This document shows positions 14,266-27,019 of a stretch of DNA of 64,000 bases, piece after piece. A program made the position numbers and the translations under genes. The notes below the pieces were generated by a model. The model did no database searches. It had not been told where the DNA came from and worked only from the letters and a program-made list of their open reading frames with translations. The DNA comes from the human T2T-CHM13v2.0 reference genome, Homo sapiens. The stretch lies in NCBI RefSeq assembly GCF_009914755.1, contig NC_060930.1; one strand, 5' to 3'. Numbering within the stretch: the stretch's first letter is position 1; each line of letters opens with the position of its first letter.

Positions 14266-14306
<41 letters not shown>
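14266..14306. repeat. (TG)n microsatellite
   Basis: About 20 uninterrupted GT units. Confidence 0.98.
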
Positions 14307-14307
<1 letters not shown>

Positions 14308-14544
14308 AGAGAGGTAACCTGAGAAAAAGAGAGAAAGAAATTGAGAGAGGAAGGAAGCAGAATGGAAAGCTTATTGAATTTCAAAGCTAAATTCTTTATA
14401 AATGTAATACTTAATCATTAAATCAAAATCTGCAAATGTCAGTATTAAGTATATTATAACTATGACTTTTGAATAGAAAAAGATTTAAAAACTACAAGAT
14501 TTATAATTCTTAAATGAAGAGATTCATATGCTTTACTGACTTCT

Positions 14545-14688
14545 GTTTTGTTTTGTTTTTTGACAGGGCCTCACTCTGTCACTCAGGCTGGAGTGAAGTG
14601 GTGCAATCACAGTTCACTGAAACCTTGAACTCCTGGGTACAAGGAATCCTCCTGTCTGGAACTACAGGCACGTACCACAACGCCTGAC
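14545..14688 (-). mobile_element. Alu monomer (FRAM or AluJ right arm)
   Basis: gacagggcctcactctgtcactcaggctggagtg...actacaggcacgtaccac. TSD-like TTTACTG(A)CTT on both sides. Confidence 0.8.
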
Positions 14689-14699
14689 TTTTACTGCTT

Positions 14700-15900
14700 T
14701 TTATTTAAGATTTAATAACAGGAAAGATACCACAAAGAAACTTAAACTACAAAGAGAAAATACTTGTAATTCATGTCATTCCCAAGGAATTTGGAATAAA
14801 ATATATAAAGATTCCTACTGATCAATTAGTGATAAACAACAATCTAATAATAAGAAGAAAAAACTAAATGAATGGGTGATTTATTAAAAAGGATACAAGA
14901 ATAGAGAATGATATATGAAAAGATATCCATTAATGATCAGAGATATGTAGATTTTGGTAGTCTTAAAACTTTACAGCAACATTTTTGGACATTTCTTCCA
15001 ACTAGATGGTGGATCTGTGTCCCCTCCTCTTGAATCTGAGTGGACCTTTCTGGCTTCAATCAATAAAAAGTATGACAAAATTGATGGTCTGTTGTTTCCA
15101 GGCCCAGGTCATAAAAGGCCAGGCAGATTCACTCTTGGCCACTCAAATGCTTGCTCTTGTAGTCCTGAGCAACAAGTCTGACCTCTCTGAGTTGCTGTGT
15201 TGATAAGAAGCTTATAGGTGCTCTGGTCTTCAAGCCTCAGCTATTGGTCATCCTTGGCTGTTCAAATCTTTCTTCCTGAGGGCATGGATGTTATGGTGGA
15301 GACACAATACATTCCTGATCCATGGGAAGAATGAACATAAAATAAAATGGTTATTATCATATGCCATTAAGTTTCAGTGTAGTTTGTTTTGTAGCAAAAA
15401 ATAATGGAAACAGAGTTTGAAACAAGTAAATACTTTCTCACATCCTGTATATTGCCAAAAAATAAAACCTCTCACAATAACAGATGTCACCACAAAATGT
15501 CAACAAATGTAGAACTCTTATATGCTACAGGTGGAAATGTAAATCACTCCAATCTTTGGAGAACAATTCAATAATATTTTAAAAATTTAAGAAAGCTTTA
15601 ACTCAACCTGACAATGGTATTCCCGGAATTGCACATGTATATAAGGAGAGATGGAGAAAACTGTACAATGCAGCATAGATTTTAATAGTCAAAATCTGGA
15701 AGCAGTCCATAGAGGAAATGTATAGATAAATTTGGCTCTAGTTATATAGTAAATATGTGTCTGGTATGCAGTAGGTACTCAATATTTATTGAATAAATGA
15801 ATGGATTAATATAATGCACTAAAATGAATAGTCGATGTATTGGCATGGATGCTTCTTTAAAAGCATGTGCTATAAAATATGATTAGCATGATAACACATT
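14700..15900 (+). mobile_element. Ancient L1M 3' remnants, interrupted by an MLT1 LTR
   Basis: aaatatataaagattcctactgatcaat..., tagaactcttatatgctacaggtggaaatgtaaat...ctttggagaacaatt. Confidence 0.6.
14954..15412 (+). mobile_element. MLT1 (MLT1G/H-like) solo LTR
   Basis: gtcccctcctcttgaatctgagtgg, ggtcataaaaggcc, ending aataaaatggtt...gccattaagtttcagtgtagtttgttttgtagcaaaaaataatggaaaca. Confidence 0.8.
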
Positions 15901-16059
15901 TCTGAATTACCCCATACACTTTTAACTCTTTAATTTACAAATAAATGCAGTCTGATTTGGTGATATGATAGAGATTTATGAAAAGGCTTCCCATATTATA
16001 GGGTAGATTATTGGCAAAGACCCAGGTGTGCAAAGCAACAGCAGTTTGTGGCCCTGAGG

Positions 16060-16600
16060 CCTTCAGGTCATGGAGGCTCCATAGCATCTGCATCCTGTAG
16101 GTCTTGCATGGCCACTGGTGCATTTCACCAAGTGAAGAACTGGATCAGCTTTACATTTTACAAAGATCACTCTGGCAGAACAGTTTGCAAGATTATGTGC
16201 AAAATTAAATGTTAGGGGACAATCATAGAAATTGGTGTTAGACCAATATAGTCAGTGGTGATTGAGAGAAAGAGATCTGATTCCAGGGGTATTTAAGAGG
16301 TAGAATTGAGACAATGTGTGACCCAATGCATGTGGCAAGATCAGGAAGAGGGAGGAATCTGGAAAGACTACCTGACTCTGGATCTAAGTGAATACAGGTT
16401 GTGTTCATTGACTTAGCAGGATGCGAGGAAAGTGCAGGTTTTGGGATTAATAGATGATAAGCCTAGTTTTTAGATCTGCCAGGTTTGGGACACCTGTGGA
16501 TCATTTAGGAGGTAATATGTGGTTTGCAGAGGAATCCAAGAAAACAAAAGTGTCTTCAGAGTGAGACAAGTAAATGGGAGTGGTATTTGGGGATGTCACT
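16060..16600 (-). mobile_element. L2 LINE remnant
   Basis: tttacatttta caaagatcactctggcag, aggtagaattgagacaatg, aggtttgggacacctgtgg are typical reverse-strand L2 motifs. Confidence 0.65.
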
Positions 16601-16899
16601 GTGTTGTAAAGTCTATAATGATGATGATTTTAAAGTGCCCATATAACTCATTCAGTGTGTTTTTAATAGAAAGCCTCACAATTTAATTCAAACCGATTTT
16701 CATTAAGGATCTGTTCTGTGCACACTCTGGAGCCCTGAGCCTTGGTAGAGCTAAGGCGCTGTGTCCCTACAGTTCTGTTTTCAAGATGTGTTCCATTATC
16801 TGTAGCACTAATAATGCATTATACTCCCTCTCACCTCTAGCACATTGTCACTTTTGCCCGACTGTGCCTCACCTTGGGCCCCACTGTGGTTGTCACCTC

Positions 16900-17030
16900 C
16901 CTATGACTCATTTTTCTCTGTCCTAAGAGCAGGTATGTTCCTCAGTAAGGACCGTGTCTTTGTCTCTGGCATAAACCCAGTGCTCACTAAGGTACCTTAT
17001 AATAGGTATATAATAAATATTTGTTAAATA
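16900..17030 (+). mobile_element. L2 3' end remnant
   Basis: ttcctcagtaaggaccgtgtctttg...cccagtgctcactaaggtacct...aataaatatttgtt. Confidence 0.6.
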
Positions 17031-20000
17031 GTAAATATTGTTTTAAGACATAGACCATGTACACTGGGAACTTGTAATCAAATGTGAGCGTAGCACAGTT
17101 TGCTTGGAACTGTTCTCTGTTGCTTTATGCCTGCCGTGCATCCCTCTTCAGTTATATATAAATAACTAAGTCAGGACTATATGTTTTTCTTTTATGCCAT
17201 TGGCCATCTCTCCTGTCATAGTGTTCAGGTAATGTTTACAGCATTCACTTGAGCAATATTTTAGGGTACTAACAAGATTAGCCATTTTGCACTCTGTCCA
17301 TATTAACTATTCTGCAAACCTAATGATTTGTTTATTTAACTCAGTACTGATTTCCCCATTAGGGCCTATTAGCACCTCAAAATTGGCTATGTAAACCTGG
17401 TGAAACCTGATTATTATCAGCAATTAGTAATTTGATGGATCCTTTATATAAAATTTAAATGGAGAAGCAAAGCACCTGAAGTTAATGGCTTTATCTGGCT
17501 ATGAATTTAGAAAGAGGGCAAAAGTTGGCAACATGATTTCTCAAATTCTTATGGTTGAAACAAGGCGTTGAGTTCACCGTTTCCATGCATTTTGAAGGAC
17601 TTTAAGTAGATTATAGTTGAATTAAAAGGGCCTGCATTTATCTGAGCATGTAGAACTTGAATTTTAAAACCTCTAACAATTTTGTTCTAAATTTTTGTTT
17701 TATTGTTACAGCTAGGGATGGGTTGGCTCATTGACTTAATTTCTTTTTCTAATGTATGCTTCTGCGCTTCAGAAATAAATAGAGAGAAATGAGTGAGAGA
17801 AAGAAACAGAACAGTTGACTGATGACCTTTGAAATATATCAAAACGACAATCTATTTATAGCCACTGGGAAATGCTCATCTATTTGAAGGCACCTCACAG
17901 CCTCTTTATCCTATGTGGCCTTTTTAGGTGTTCCTTTTTAATCCTGATCTAAATAAAGTAAATGCTTCAGAGTATCAAATTTACAGTCCAGCTAAATGAG
18001 AAATCCATTAGCTTGGAAACTCCTAGAAGTTGCATTGCTGTGGCCATTGATTTCTCCTCTCTGGTATTAACCTTACCTTGTATCCATTGAACACACCCTC
18101 CTGGCAGTGGGTCCATTTACTCACCTATCATCATCTCATGAAGAGCCCCAGGTGGCCCCCTGTAGCATGTCACTTTGAAAAACTATTACTTTGATGGTGA
18201 AAGAGTCAGTGTGACATCAAAAGTATCCTGAAGATTCCTGTGCTTACCATTTTTATACCTAACAGAACTCCTGTAGTTACAGAACCTAAAACCAATGCAA
18301 AATGTGATCGATATTAGTAAACAGTACACCACTATCTTAGACATTTAAAGTTCGTACTAGGAAAGATCAAATCAAATAAACAAACAGGCAGTGGCTTGCC
18401 TTTTTTGCATAGGGCAGCCTGTCTGCAAAGTTTTATCTCACTAGGCTGCTATTTTTGAGGACCACCTGAAGCTGAGGAAAGCTCTTTCTTTGGTTAGGTG
18501 TGGAAATATCAAGTCGATTTGTTAAATTGAATATTTTTCATGTATTTGCTCATACTGATCTTAAAGATGTTTAGGTTTAACAGGCCCTAAAGAAACACAA
18601 ATTAATAAAAGTGGAGTTATGAACTTTGGTGGACATACACTTTATCTTTAAAAATCAGGACACTTCAGAAAATGGAGCGTTTTTAAAAATAGTACCAGTG
18701 CAAAGAACATAAACCAGGACCATTGCCTGGAAAACTGAGACCTGTGGTCACCCTAATTATGAGAAGAGGACAATTAAAAATGGAATGCTAACAGAATCTA
18801 TTAGGACTGAAGGACTAGGGTTTAGTTTGGCAAACCGATGTTTATTTGACAAATCTGATGAATAAATATGAAGGCAACCTCCTATATTAATGTGGAAGGT
18901 GAATAATTTGATTGGAGTTATTAAGACCATTAGAACTGATTGCTTTAACATTTGTTGTTATTCTGTTAGATTAAAAGATAAATCAATGTCAGCTTGTTAC
19001 TGGGACCCTCCCAAGTAAATCAGTCAATGACTAACTTAGTGTGTGCTTTCTGTTTCCAGTCATTTTGGTTTCATTTTCACAGGCTGATTTTTGCCCTTGA
19101 ATGTACGATTAGTTGTATTTACGTAGACTGTGCACCATGTCACTTCTGCCAAGATAGCTGTTGAAAATTTTCATTTAAAAATATGCAGTTACTTCCTTTG
19201 TGGAATTGAGACCTTGCACATCTTTAAACAACTTAGAAGAAATGTGTACATGATTTATAGAACAAGCAAACAAAGCATGACCTTTCCTGAACTGATTAAC
19301 AGTGCAATTCTTCAGAATGGCAGTTTACTGTAGATTCACTCACATTGAACAATTTTATAAATGTGCATAAGAATAGGCTTTGCTACAAATGCAAAACATG
19401 AAAATATAGTTGGATTAAAATAAAATTTGAATCAAATGCTTATATTATACTGGCATGAGAAAGAATGCTCAAAGCACTTATCCTGAGCCCTGTTTTCTAG
19501 TTAAAAAAATAAAAAAAACACTTTATATGGAATTTAAGAATAGTATATAAGAAACCATTTTCAGTTTTAATATTTAAATATTTTTCATATTTAATTATAG
19601 ATATTTCCACACATCATAAATTAATACCTGCCTTAAATGGAGTAGAATTCAATTAACTTAAAAACAATGAAAACTAAATGTAATAGGGAGATTTTTAAAT
19701 TTTTTCAGAAATTTTGTTTATCTTCCTGTGACCCAGAGCCATGTGTGAACAGAAGAGGAGTATGATGAGAAGCCATTTGGAAATCTATTCTGGCCACTTT
19801 TGCAGTAACAGGAAGCACTTTGAAAGAGTATAAAATTACAGCTCTTTTTTATTTTCATCTTGCAATGACAGGCTTTTTCAAATCAAGTAAGATAGGTTTA
19901 GAATGATTGGATTATCACACATTTAAAAATAAAATGTGTGCCAGGATTCACACCTCCATAATAAAAGCCTTATACTTGGATGATGAGCTCATGAACCCAA

Positions 20001-22189
20001 AAATACCAGTTCATTTTTGTTGATATGGTGGTTGCTGATGGTGCTGTTTAAGTTCCTTCAGAGTAGGGATCATCTTTGTTTATCTCTAGCACCTGGTTCT
20101 GTGTGTTGAACAACAGTGCTGGGGAGTCTTTTTGAATGTAAATATATGAAATCAAAATGTTAATGTGACCCTCAAGTCAATAGAGTATTATTGTAGTTAT
20201 ATAATTTTGCTTGTTTCCTTTTCACTAAAAAGCAGAACTACGTGAGGTTCCTCTTTTCAAGGAAATTCTTCAGAAAACCATGTTAACTATGTTCTTCCCT
20301 ACCCTTTCCCCCACACAATATTTAACTTACCACAGCTTCACATTCATTGGGACATTGAATAAATATTTCTGGTCAATAATCACAAACCAAGAACTTGAAA
20401 GTCAACTTGTTTCTCTTCCAGCACTGTACACAGTCCAATTTCCTTTAACGTGGAGCTAATTTGTAGGTTAGGTTTTGTTTCAGCAGTTCTTTCTCGAAAG
20501 AATCTTGACTTATTTACATGTAAGAGTATGTAAGGAAATGCTTGTAATGTGAAGGGAACTATTCCTAGAAAAAAATTGAGAAGTAGGACAAGTCTCTTTT
20601 TGTGTCCTCCCCGCACGTCCTCCCAGCACTTCCTTCTGTTTCCCAAGGAAGCCACTATTTCCTCATTGCCCAAGTTCCTTCCTATAACAGCAAGGAATGT
20701 AGGAAATGACATATTACAGTTTTCTAAGGGATGCTTTGTATTTTAAGCTAAACTATGGAATTGGCAATTTTAAACAATAGATACTACTTAACCATACATA
20801 TGGATGACTTCCAAATGAAAACATGACTATCTTTAAAAAAAAAAAAAAACCTTTTTAGACAAATAGACAAGCTGACCTTTGAAGAAGCCTCAGTTAACGT
20901 GATCATCTTTTATTTAAAACCCTCCACAATGACCCTCTGAGATAAGAAAGCTAAGGTCAAGCCAAGGCCATATTTTAAATTTTCATTTTTAACCTAAGTC
21001 TGTTAAAGCAAAATGATATTTACAAACAGATCCAATTTTGTTTCAATATTCATATGTGAGAAAAATTTATCTTGTAAAATAATTCAATCCAGTTTTTCCC
21101 TGGATGAGTGGGAAGAGGGATGCTGTGGATTTTTGCAAAGTAATAAGGCCAGGGCTTGGAAGAAAAAGTTGGAGCTGCTGCAGCAGGTAGAGAGGAGATT
21201 TTTCTTCCTCTCTTGATTCTATGATATTGCTACTGACCAGCTTTCCCTAATTCCAATATCCTTGAATGAGAAGCCATGAAAGCCAGTTGTCTCTCTTTAT
21301 CTCATCTAGCACATGGCCTAGTTGATTTTCTTAAAATCTCACATAGCAGAATGTATTGTCATGGAATCAATGCAACTGGGAAATAGTATGTTTCTAATAA
21401 AGAAAAAAAAACCTTTTTTAAAAAACACAGACTGAGAATCATTCCATACTTGTATGGCACAAAGCCATTTACTAAGAGAGAAGAACTCCAATAAGTAAGA
21501 CAAAAATAGTGAGTGGTAAGCCTTTTAAATTCACTCTGCCCAAAAATACTTCAAATAACTAAATACAAAGAAAATCCCTAAGAAGGCAAATCCAAATAAG
21601 AGGGAGAAAAATCTCTTTCATGTCAGACAACACACCACCCAAAATCACCAGAGGAAAACAATCAAGCCCTCTGTCCTTGATAACAATAACATACTGACTT
21701 TAAACAGTGCTAAACTCAGAAAAGAATGTGCAAGGTTTATTCCTATAAGAACAGAGAGGATTCGTCTTTCTTCATTTGTCTGACTCTTTGATATTTTTCT
21801 GATGTGTCTCTTGTGAAATTTCTTTTTCTTAGAAACTTTGAATGTTAACTTCCTTTTTTATGTGAAATGACTGTAATAAAATGTGCAGAATTGATCGCTT
21901 AGAAGATTGATGTTCTTAAAACTGATATCTTCTCTGTGACTATATGGTATGCTAACAAAAAAAAAAAGAAAAGAAATAGAAAAGCATGCTTCTCTACTAA
22001 TGGTACACTGACCTTTATCAGGAACTATTTCCCAGGATAATTACAGAATTTTAAAAAGATGATTTGTTATATTTTCTCCTCTTAGTTATGATATCTTATT
22101 TTCCCTTACTTTTTCTTGGAAAAGATGCAAATAAGTTGAATGCCCATTTGCTATAAGAATTAAGAGGTGGTTTTTATAAAGTTCTTTTG

Positions 22190-22615
22190 CCAGTAAGGAT
22201 CAGCTAGGTTACACTACAGTAACTAACTACCCTCATTTCTCAATGGCTGAACAGAGCAAAATGTTACTTCTTCCTAAACTTTCATGTCCCGCAAGGGTCA
22301 GCTGAGGAACTCTCTTGCACAAGGTCAATCATTGATTCAGGCTGACAAAAACTCTACCATCTTGAAATTGAGGTATACGGAATAGATGTCTTTCTCAGTC
22401 TGTGTAGCAGAATAAGAGAGGAAGGGAAAGCATTGCTTCCACAATTACTCGTTTGGACTGGTAATGACATGCATCATTACTACCTAAAGCCCATTGACCA
22501 CAATTTGTTACAAAGACCCAACTATTTCCCAAAGGACTGGGAAGTAGAATCCACTGAGGTACCAAGAAGGAAAGGAGAACTGAATGTGAATTGTTCCAGA
22601 ATTTTCTATCATAGA
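22190..22615 (-). mobile_element. Old MLT1 (MLT1J/K-like) LTR
   Basis: ctaggttacactacagtaactaactaccctcatttctcaatggctgaacag...cccattgaccacaatttgttac...caaaggactggg. Confidence 0.65.
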
Positions 22616-23706
22616 GTTTATGTTATGTCACTGTGGAAATATAAATCGGAAAGATAGACTGTGGCTAGATTGTGGTAGACTATCTTAGCCTAAGGGATTT
22701 GTACTTTAAATTATAGGCAATTGAAACCCATCTGTTTTTAAGCCTCAGAAATTGCTTTTCGTGCTATTATAATACTCTGAGGATTGAAGCACTAGCATTT
22801 GGAGTGGAGGTAGGGTTAAAGATGAGAACAACTAATCAAAGATATATATTCGCTATAATTTCCTCCAGGATGCCAATACTTACAACTCTTTCCTGACATT
22901 TTCCTAGCCTCCACTGAATTTGGTGTGAATGTTTTCTTTATTCTCCCTTGTATGTTCCTTTTCCAAATTTGACCTTGCTCCTCATCTCCTGCCTTCCCCC
23001 CACAGCCAAAATTTACTAATTTGTGACATTATTAGAAAAATTACATGTTCAGTAGCTGCTTTAGTAATGTTTATCTGGCTCAGATGTACAATATGGATAC
23101 AGGGTGAAATCAGGTAATTATTTTAATTATTTCTCTTTTTAAAGATAATGAGTGTTTGAAAGGTGTGACTGCAGTGGTATTAGAAATTATCTGGAGAGTA
23201 CAGGAGAACCTAGAGAATAAAGATTGACTGATTTCGAGCTTAAGTGACTGAAGGGATGTTTTGGGTTATCATTTGAAAAGATGAATTACTAGTTTACATG
23301 AAAATACTTAAGGAAAAATCACAGACTACTACCCTTAGTTATAATGTATATATATATATATTTTTTTTTAATAGCATTAAATCTATTGTTTATGTTACTG
23401 TCAATTGTCTTTCTACAACATAGGTCTACTCGATTCTTGTCCCTTTCCTGCTAAAAAGTTCATAGGCCCTCATTATGTGGAATGTCATGTCCCAAGCTGT
23501 GCTAATCATGTTACTTCACAATAATGTTTGATGACCAAATACATCAGTGAATACTAGGTTACACAAAGAGAAATTGTATGTTTTTTAGAAATAATTAGTG
23601 GCCAATCTTTTGAAAATGGAATAGTATACAGTGTTTATCAAATTTACCTGACCATAGTGTTCTTGTTTTTCTTTGCATGTATTCTTTATAGGTAGGAAAT
23701 TTTATT

Positions 23707-24576
23707 TGTAGGTATTCTCTGTAGGAATAGAGAGAAAACAAAAACAAAAACAAAAATAAAAAGTGTACACATCTCAACACAACTCAGTGTCTCTGGTAAC
23801 CAAAATATATGTGTGTGTGTGGTGGTTGGGGGGCAGGGTTCTCCATTATGCCAAGCAAACAAATGATTGTACAGTGGACACCAGCTTGGTATCTTCTAAT
23901 TCAATTCAATTATGACATTATCTACCTGAAAGTTGGCTCAGATCCCACAGGCCGAGGAATCTGTTTTACAAAGCTTCTGCTAATCTCTGATCCCAATCAC
24001 AAGTAGTAGGTTATCACCTAAAGTTCTGGCTGACCTGCTATAAATTGGGGGTTCCCATTACCCTCCCCCCAATATTCAATTAATTTGCTAGAGCAGCTTA
24101 CAGAACTGAGGGAAACACTTACTTATGGAAGAAATGCATAAGACTGGGTATGGAAGAAGGGGAGCAGAGTTTCTAAGTTTCAGTTTTCTTCCCAGCTGTA
24201 CCACCATCCAAGAACCCGGACATGTCCAGCTATCTGAAACTCCCCAAATCCTGTTATTTATTTATTTTTTTTAGTGAAAGCTTCATTACATACACCTGGT
24301 TGATTAAATCTTTGTCCATTGGTGATCAACTTAGTCTTCAGTCATTCTCCCTTCCCTGGAGGTTGGAGGCTAGGGCTAAAAAGCCTCAACTCCCAAATTG
24401 CAACTTGGATTTTACCACGATCCATGTTATTCTGAAGCTACCAAAGGGCTGTCAAACACCATTCAACTCATTAGCATACAGTAGACACTCATCACTATGG
24501 AGATTACAATGATTTTAGGGGCTGTATGTCAAAAAATGGGGATGAAGATAAAATATATATAAATCACAATATAACA
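23707..24576 (-). mobile_element. MER21 (B/C-like) solo LTR
   Basis: cagtggacaccagc, aattcaattcaattatgacattatctacctg, cagatcccacagg, ttgctagagcagcttacagaact. Minus strand starts TGTTATATTGTGATT. Confidence 0.85.
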
Positions 24577-24924
24577 ATGACATGGGAAATTAAACCATTC
24601 TAATACAGTTCTGAAATGGAACCCTTCAGTTGGTTTCATGGTGAAATGAAGACTAAGTAGATTTAATTTTCTCCAAAAGATTCTAGTCAGTAAAATTAAA
24701 ACTCTTGTTTGGCAGTGATATGGGGAAATAAATAAGTGATTTATAATGATTGTTTGTACTATAGTAGGAATGATGGAGAGAGGGTGAGATAAACACTTTT
24801 GAGAGCTCTTTAAGAGCTTAAAAATTGGGAGTAGGTGGTAGAATTGGTATGAAGGCAAGAGACTAGTACATTTCATGTATAATTCTGAGATTTGTATCTA
24901 ATGTAATTGTGATATAGGTGACAT

Positions 24925-25150
24925 AGGAAATAATAGCTAATATTTATTGAATGTTCACTAAGTCAGATAATGTTCTCAGCTTTACTTCAGTTAAGTCAAT
25001 TAATTCTCAAAATGAATTTGAATGTTTTACATGAGAGAGTCAAGGCAGATATTAAACAAATTATCCAAGATTTTCATCTTTTAAGTGGTGGAACTGGCAC
25101 TTGGGCTTAGATATTTAACTAAAACCCCATGTTCTTAAACATTGTGACAT
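24925..25150 (-). mobile_element. MIR
   Basis: aataatagctaatatttattgaatgttcacta...ttttacatgagagagtcaagg...aagtggtggaactgg. Confidence 0.7.
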
Positions 25151-25282
25151 AAAGTATCTACATATCTAAATACATGAATAAATAGAACTTTTTTTATTCC
25201 AAATTATATTAGTTAACATATTTTCCAGTGTTTGATGAATTAAGTTCAAATTCATTCAATAGATAAATTGTAAATTTCACTA

Positions 25283-25576
25283 TTTTTTTTCTTTTTCTGT
25301 TTTTAAACTTTTAGGTTCAGGGGTACATGTGCACGTTTGTTATATAGGCAAAGTCTTATCCTGGGGATTTGTTGTACAGATTATTTTGTCACCTATGTAC
25401 TAAGTGTGGTACCCAATAGTTATTTTTCTGAATCTCTCCTTTCATCTTCCACCCTCAGGTAGGTCCCAGTGTCTGTTATTCCCCACTTCGTGTCTACATG
25501 TTCTTATTTAGCTCTCACTGATAAGTGAGAACATGCAGTATTTGGTTTTCTGTTCCTGTATTAGTTTGTTAAGGAT
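25283..25576 (-). mobile_element. Short 5'-truncated L1PA (L1PA13-16-like) 3' end
   Basis: ttaggttcaggggtacatgtgcacgtttgttatataggc...aagtgagaacatgcagtatttggttttctgttcctg. TSD-like CACT(A)TTTT. Confidence 0.9.
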
Positions 25577-25754
25577 CACTTTTTAAAAATAAGCATGGTG
25601 ATAAAGTGAGTAAGAGATCATTAATTTGACATGTATAGTCTGTGGCACCCATTGGGCATCCAATGACAGTATGTATTCAGCATATGCCTCAATAATTCAA
25701 ATAAGAAATTTAGAGACACAAATTTAGAAATATCTGGCATAGTGATGGTCAAAG

Positions 25755-26454
25755 TGTGGCTTTTTTGCTCCCGTAATTTGGCAAGTGGGAGGGAGTGGCA
25801 TGCAGCGGCTTCACTTCTTCATTCCTGTAGCTCAGTGAGCAGGACAGAGTGGTGCCCAGCAGCTTTGCTTCTTCACTCTGGTTTTTTGGGGAGTGGGAGG
25901 GAGTGGCACCCAGTGGCTTCTCTTCTTCTGTAGTACAGTGAATGGGAAGGAGGGTTACAGCTCTTTTATTTCCACTGCCCACAGCTCAGCGAGCAGGAGC
26001 TCTTTCACTCCTGCAGTTTGGTGAGTTCCAGGTTCTTGTCCCATGACCAAGAGGAATAAGTATGTGGGCAATGGAGAGTGAGTAAGGCAGAGTAGAATTT
26101 TATTGAGTGACAGAAAAACTCTTAGCCAGAAGAGAGGACCCGAAAGCAAGTTGCCATCTGTGAGACTGAGTCCAGGGTTTTTATGGGCTAAGAATAGGAG
26201 AATGAGTGCTGATTGTTCCCTGGGTGGTCTTGGATAAAGCACCATTCAATTGGTTAAAAGACATCATTCAGAGGGAACCAATCAAGAGAGAATGGGTAAG
26301 ATGGGGATAGAAGTTCTCACTCTACTTGTGGACTCTATCAGGAACTGGCAGTTAAATTTTCAGGCTTTAAACTGTCCTTGGCTTGAATGTTGTGTTTCAC
26401 TGGGCACCTGTCCCTGTTCACCTATAAGAATTTGTCTGTCTCCTGTTACTATTA
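25755..26454 (-). mobile_element. 3' LTR (LTR9B-like)
   Basis: Minus strand starts TAATAGTAACAGGAGACAGACAAATTC and is homologous to 40544-41155. The PPT CAGAGGGGGAAT (~26455-26466) precedes it. Confidence 0.9.
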
Positions 26455-27019
26455 ATTCCCCCTCTGAAGAGGTACATCTAACTGTTTAGGACAGGGACAA
26501 GGACGGTTATAACTGCTTTATGTTGAGATGGGGCATTGTTTTGGGAAAACGGCAGTCACATCTCTCTCAGAGGCCTATCTGAGGGTCCCCAGTAAAAAGG
26601 GAGCCGTCATCCAAGGCTCCATTTGCATGACCATTTGGAGTTTGATGGCCTCTAGGCCAGAAGAAACAAACTTTTTAAGGCAGTTAAGTATGCATGGTTC
26701 AAATATGACTATTATATAAAGAAGAGTAAACTGGGGAAAATTTAGTGCCAGAGATAGCAGAAATAAGAAGTAAAATAGACTAATTCTGAAAAAAATGTTG
26801 TGGCCAGAGCTGTTTCACCCTGGTGAAAGAAATTAAATTTTGTATAGGGGAGGGCAGTTACATTTTAGAAGAGAGGTAGCTGTTTAGGGGAGTATATAAT
26901 CCCATGGGTATTCAGGACTAAGTGATCCTTGGCAAAGACACCTTATGGTGGGGAACAGAACGAAGGTGAGAACAGCAATTATAGACAAGACTGTAAACAA
27001 GATATCCATGAAAGGTTAA

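Noticed and set aside
17690-17715. Isolated polypyrimidine-CAG acceptor-like sites, also ~19082 and ~45259
   Set aside because: No convincing paired donor or coding frame, and such motifs are frequent in T-rich DNA.
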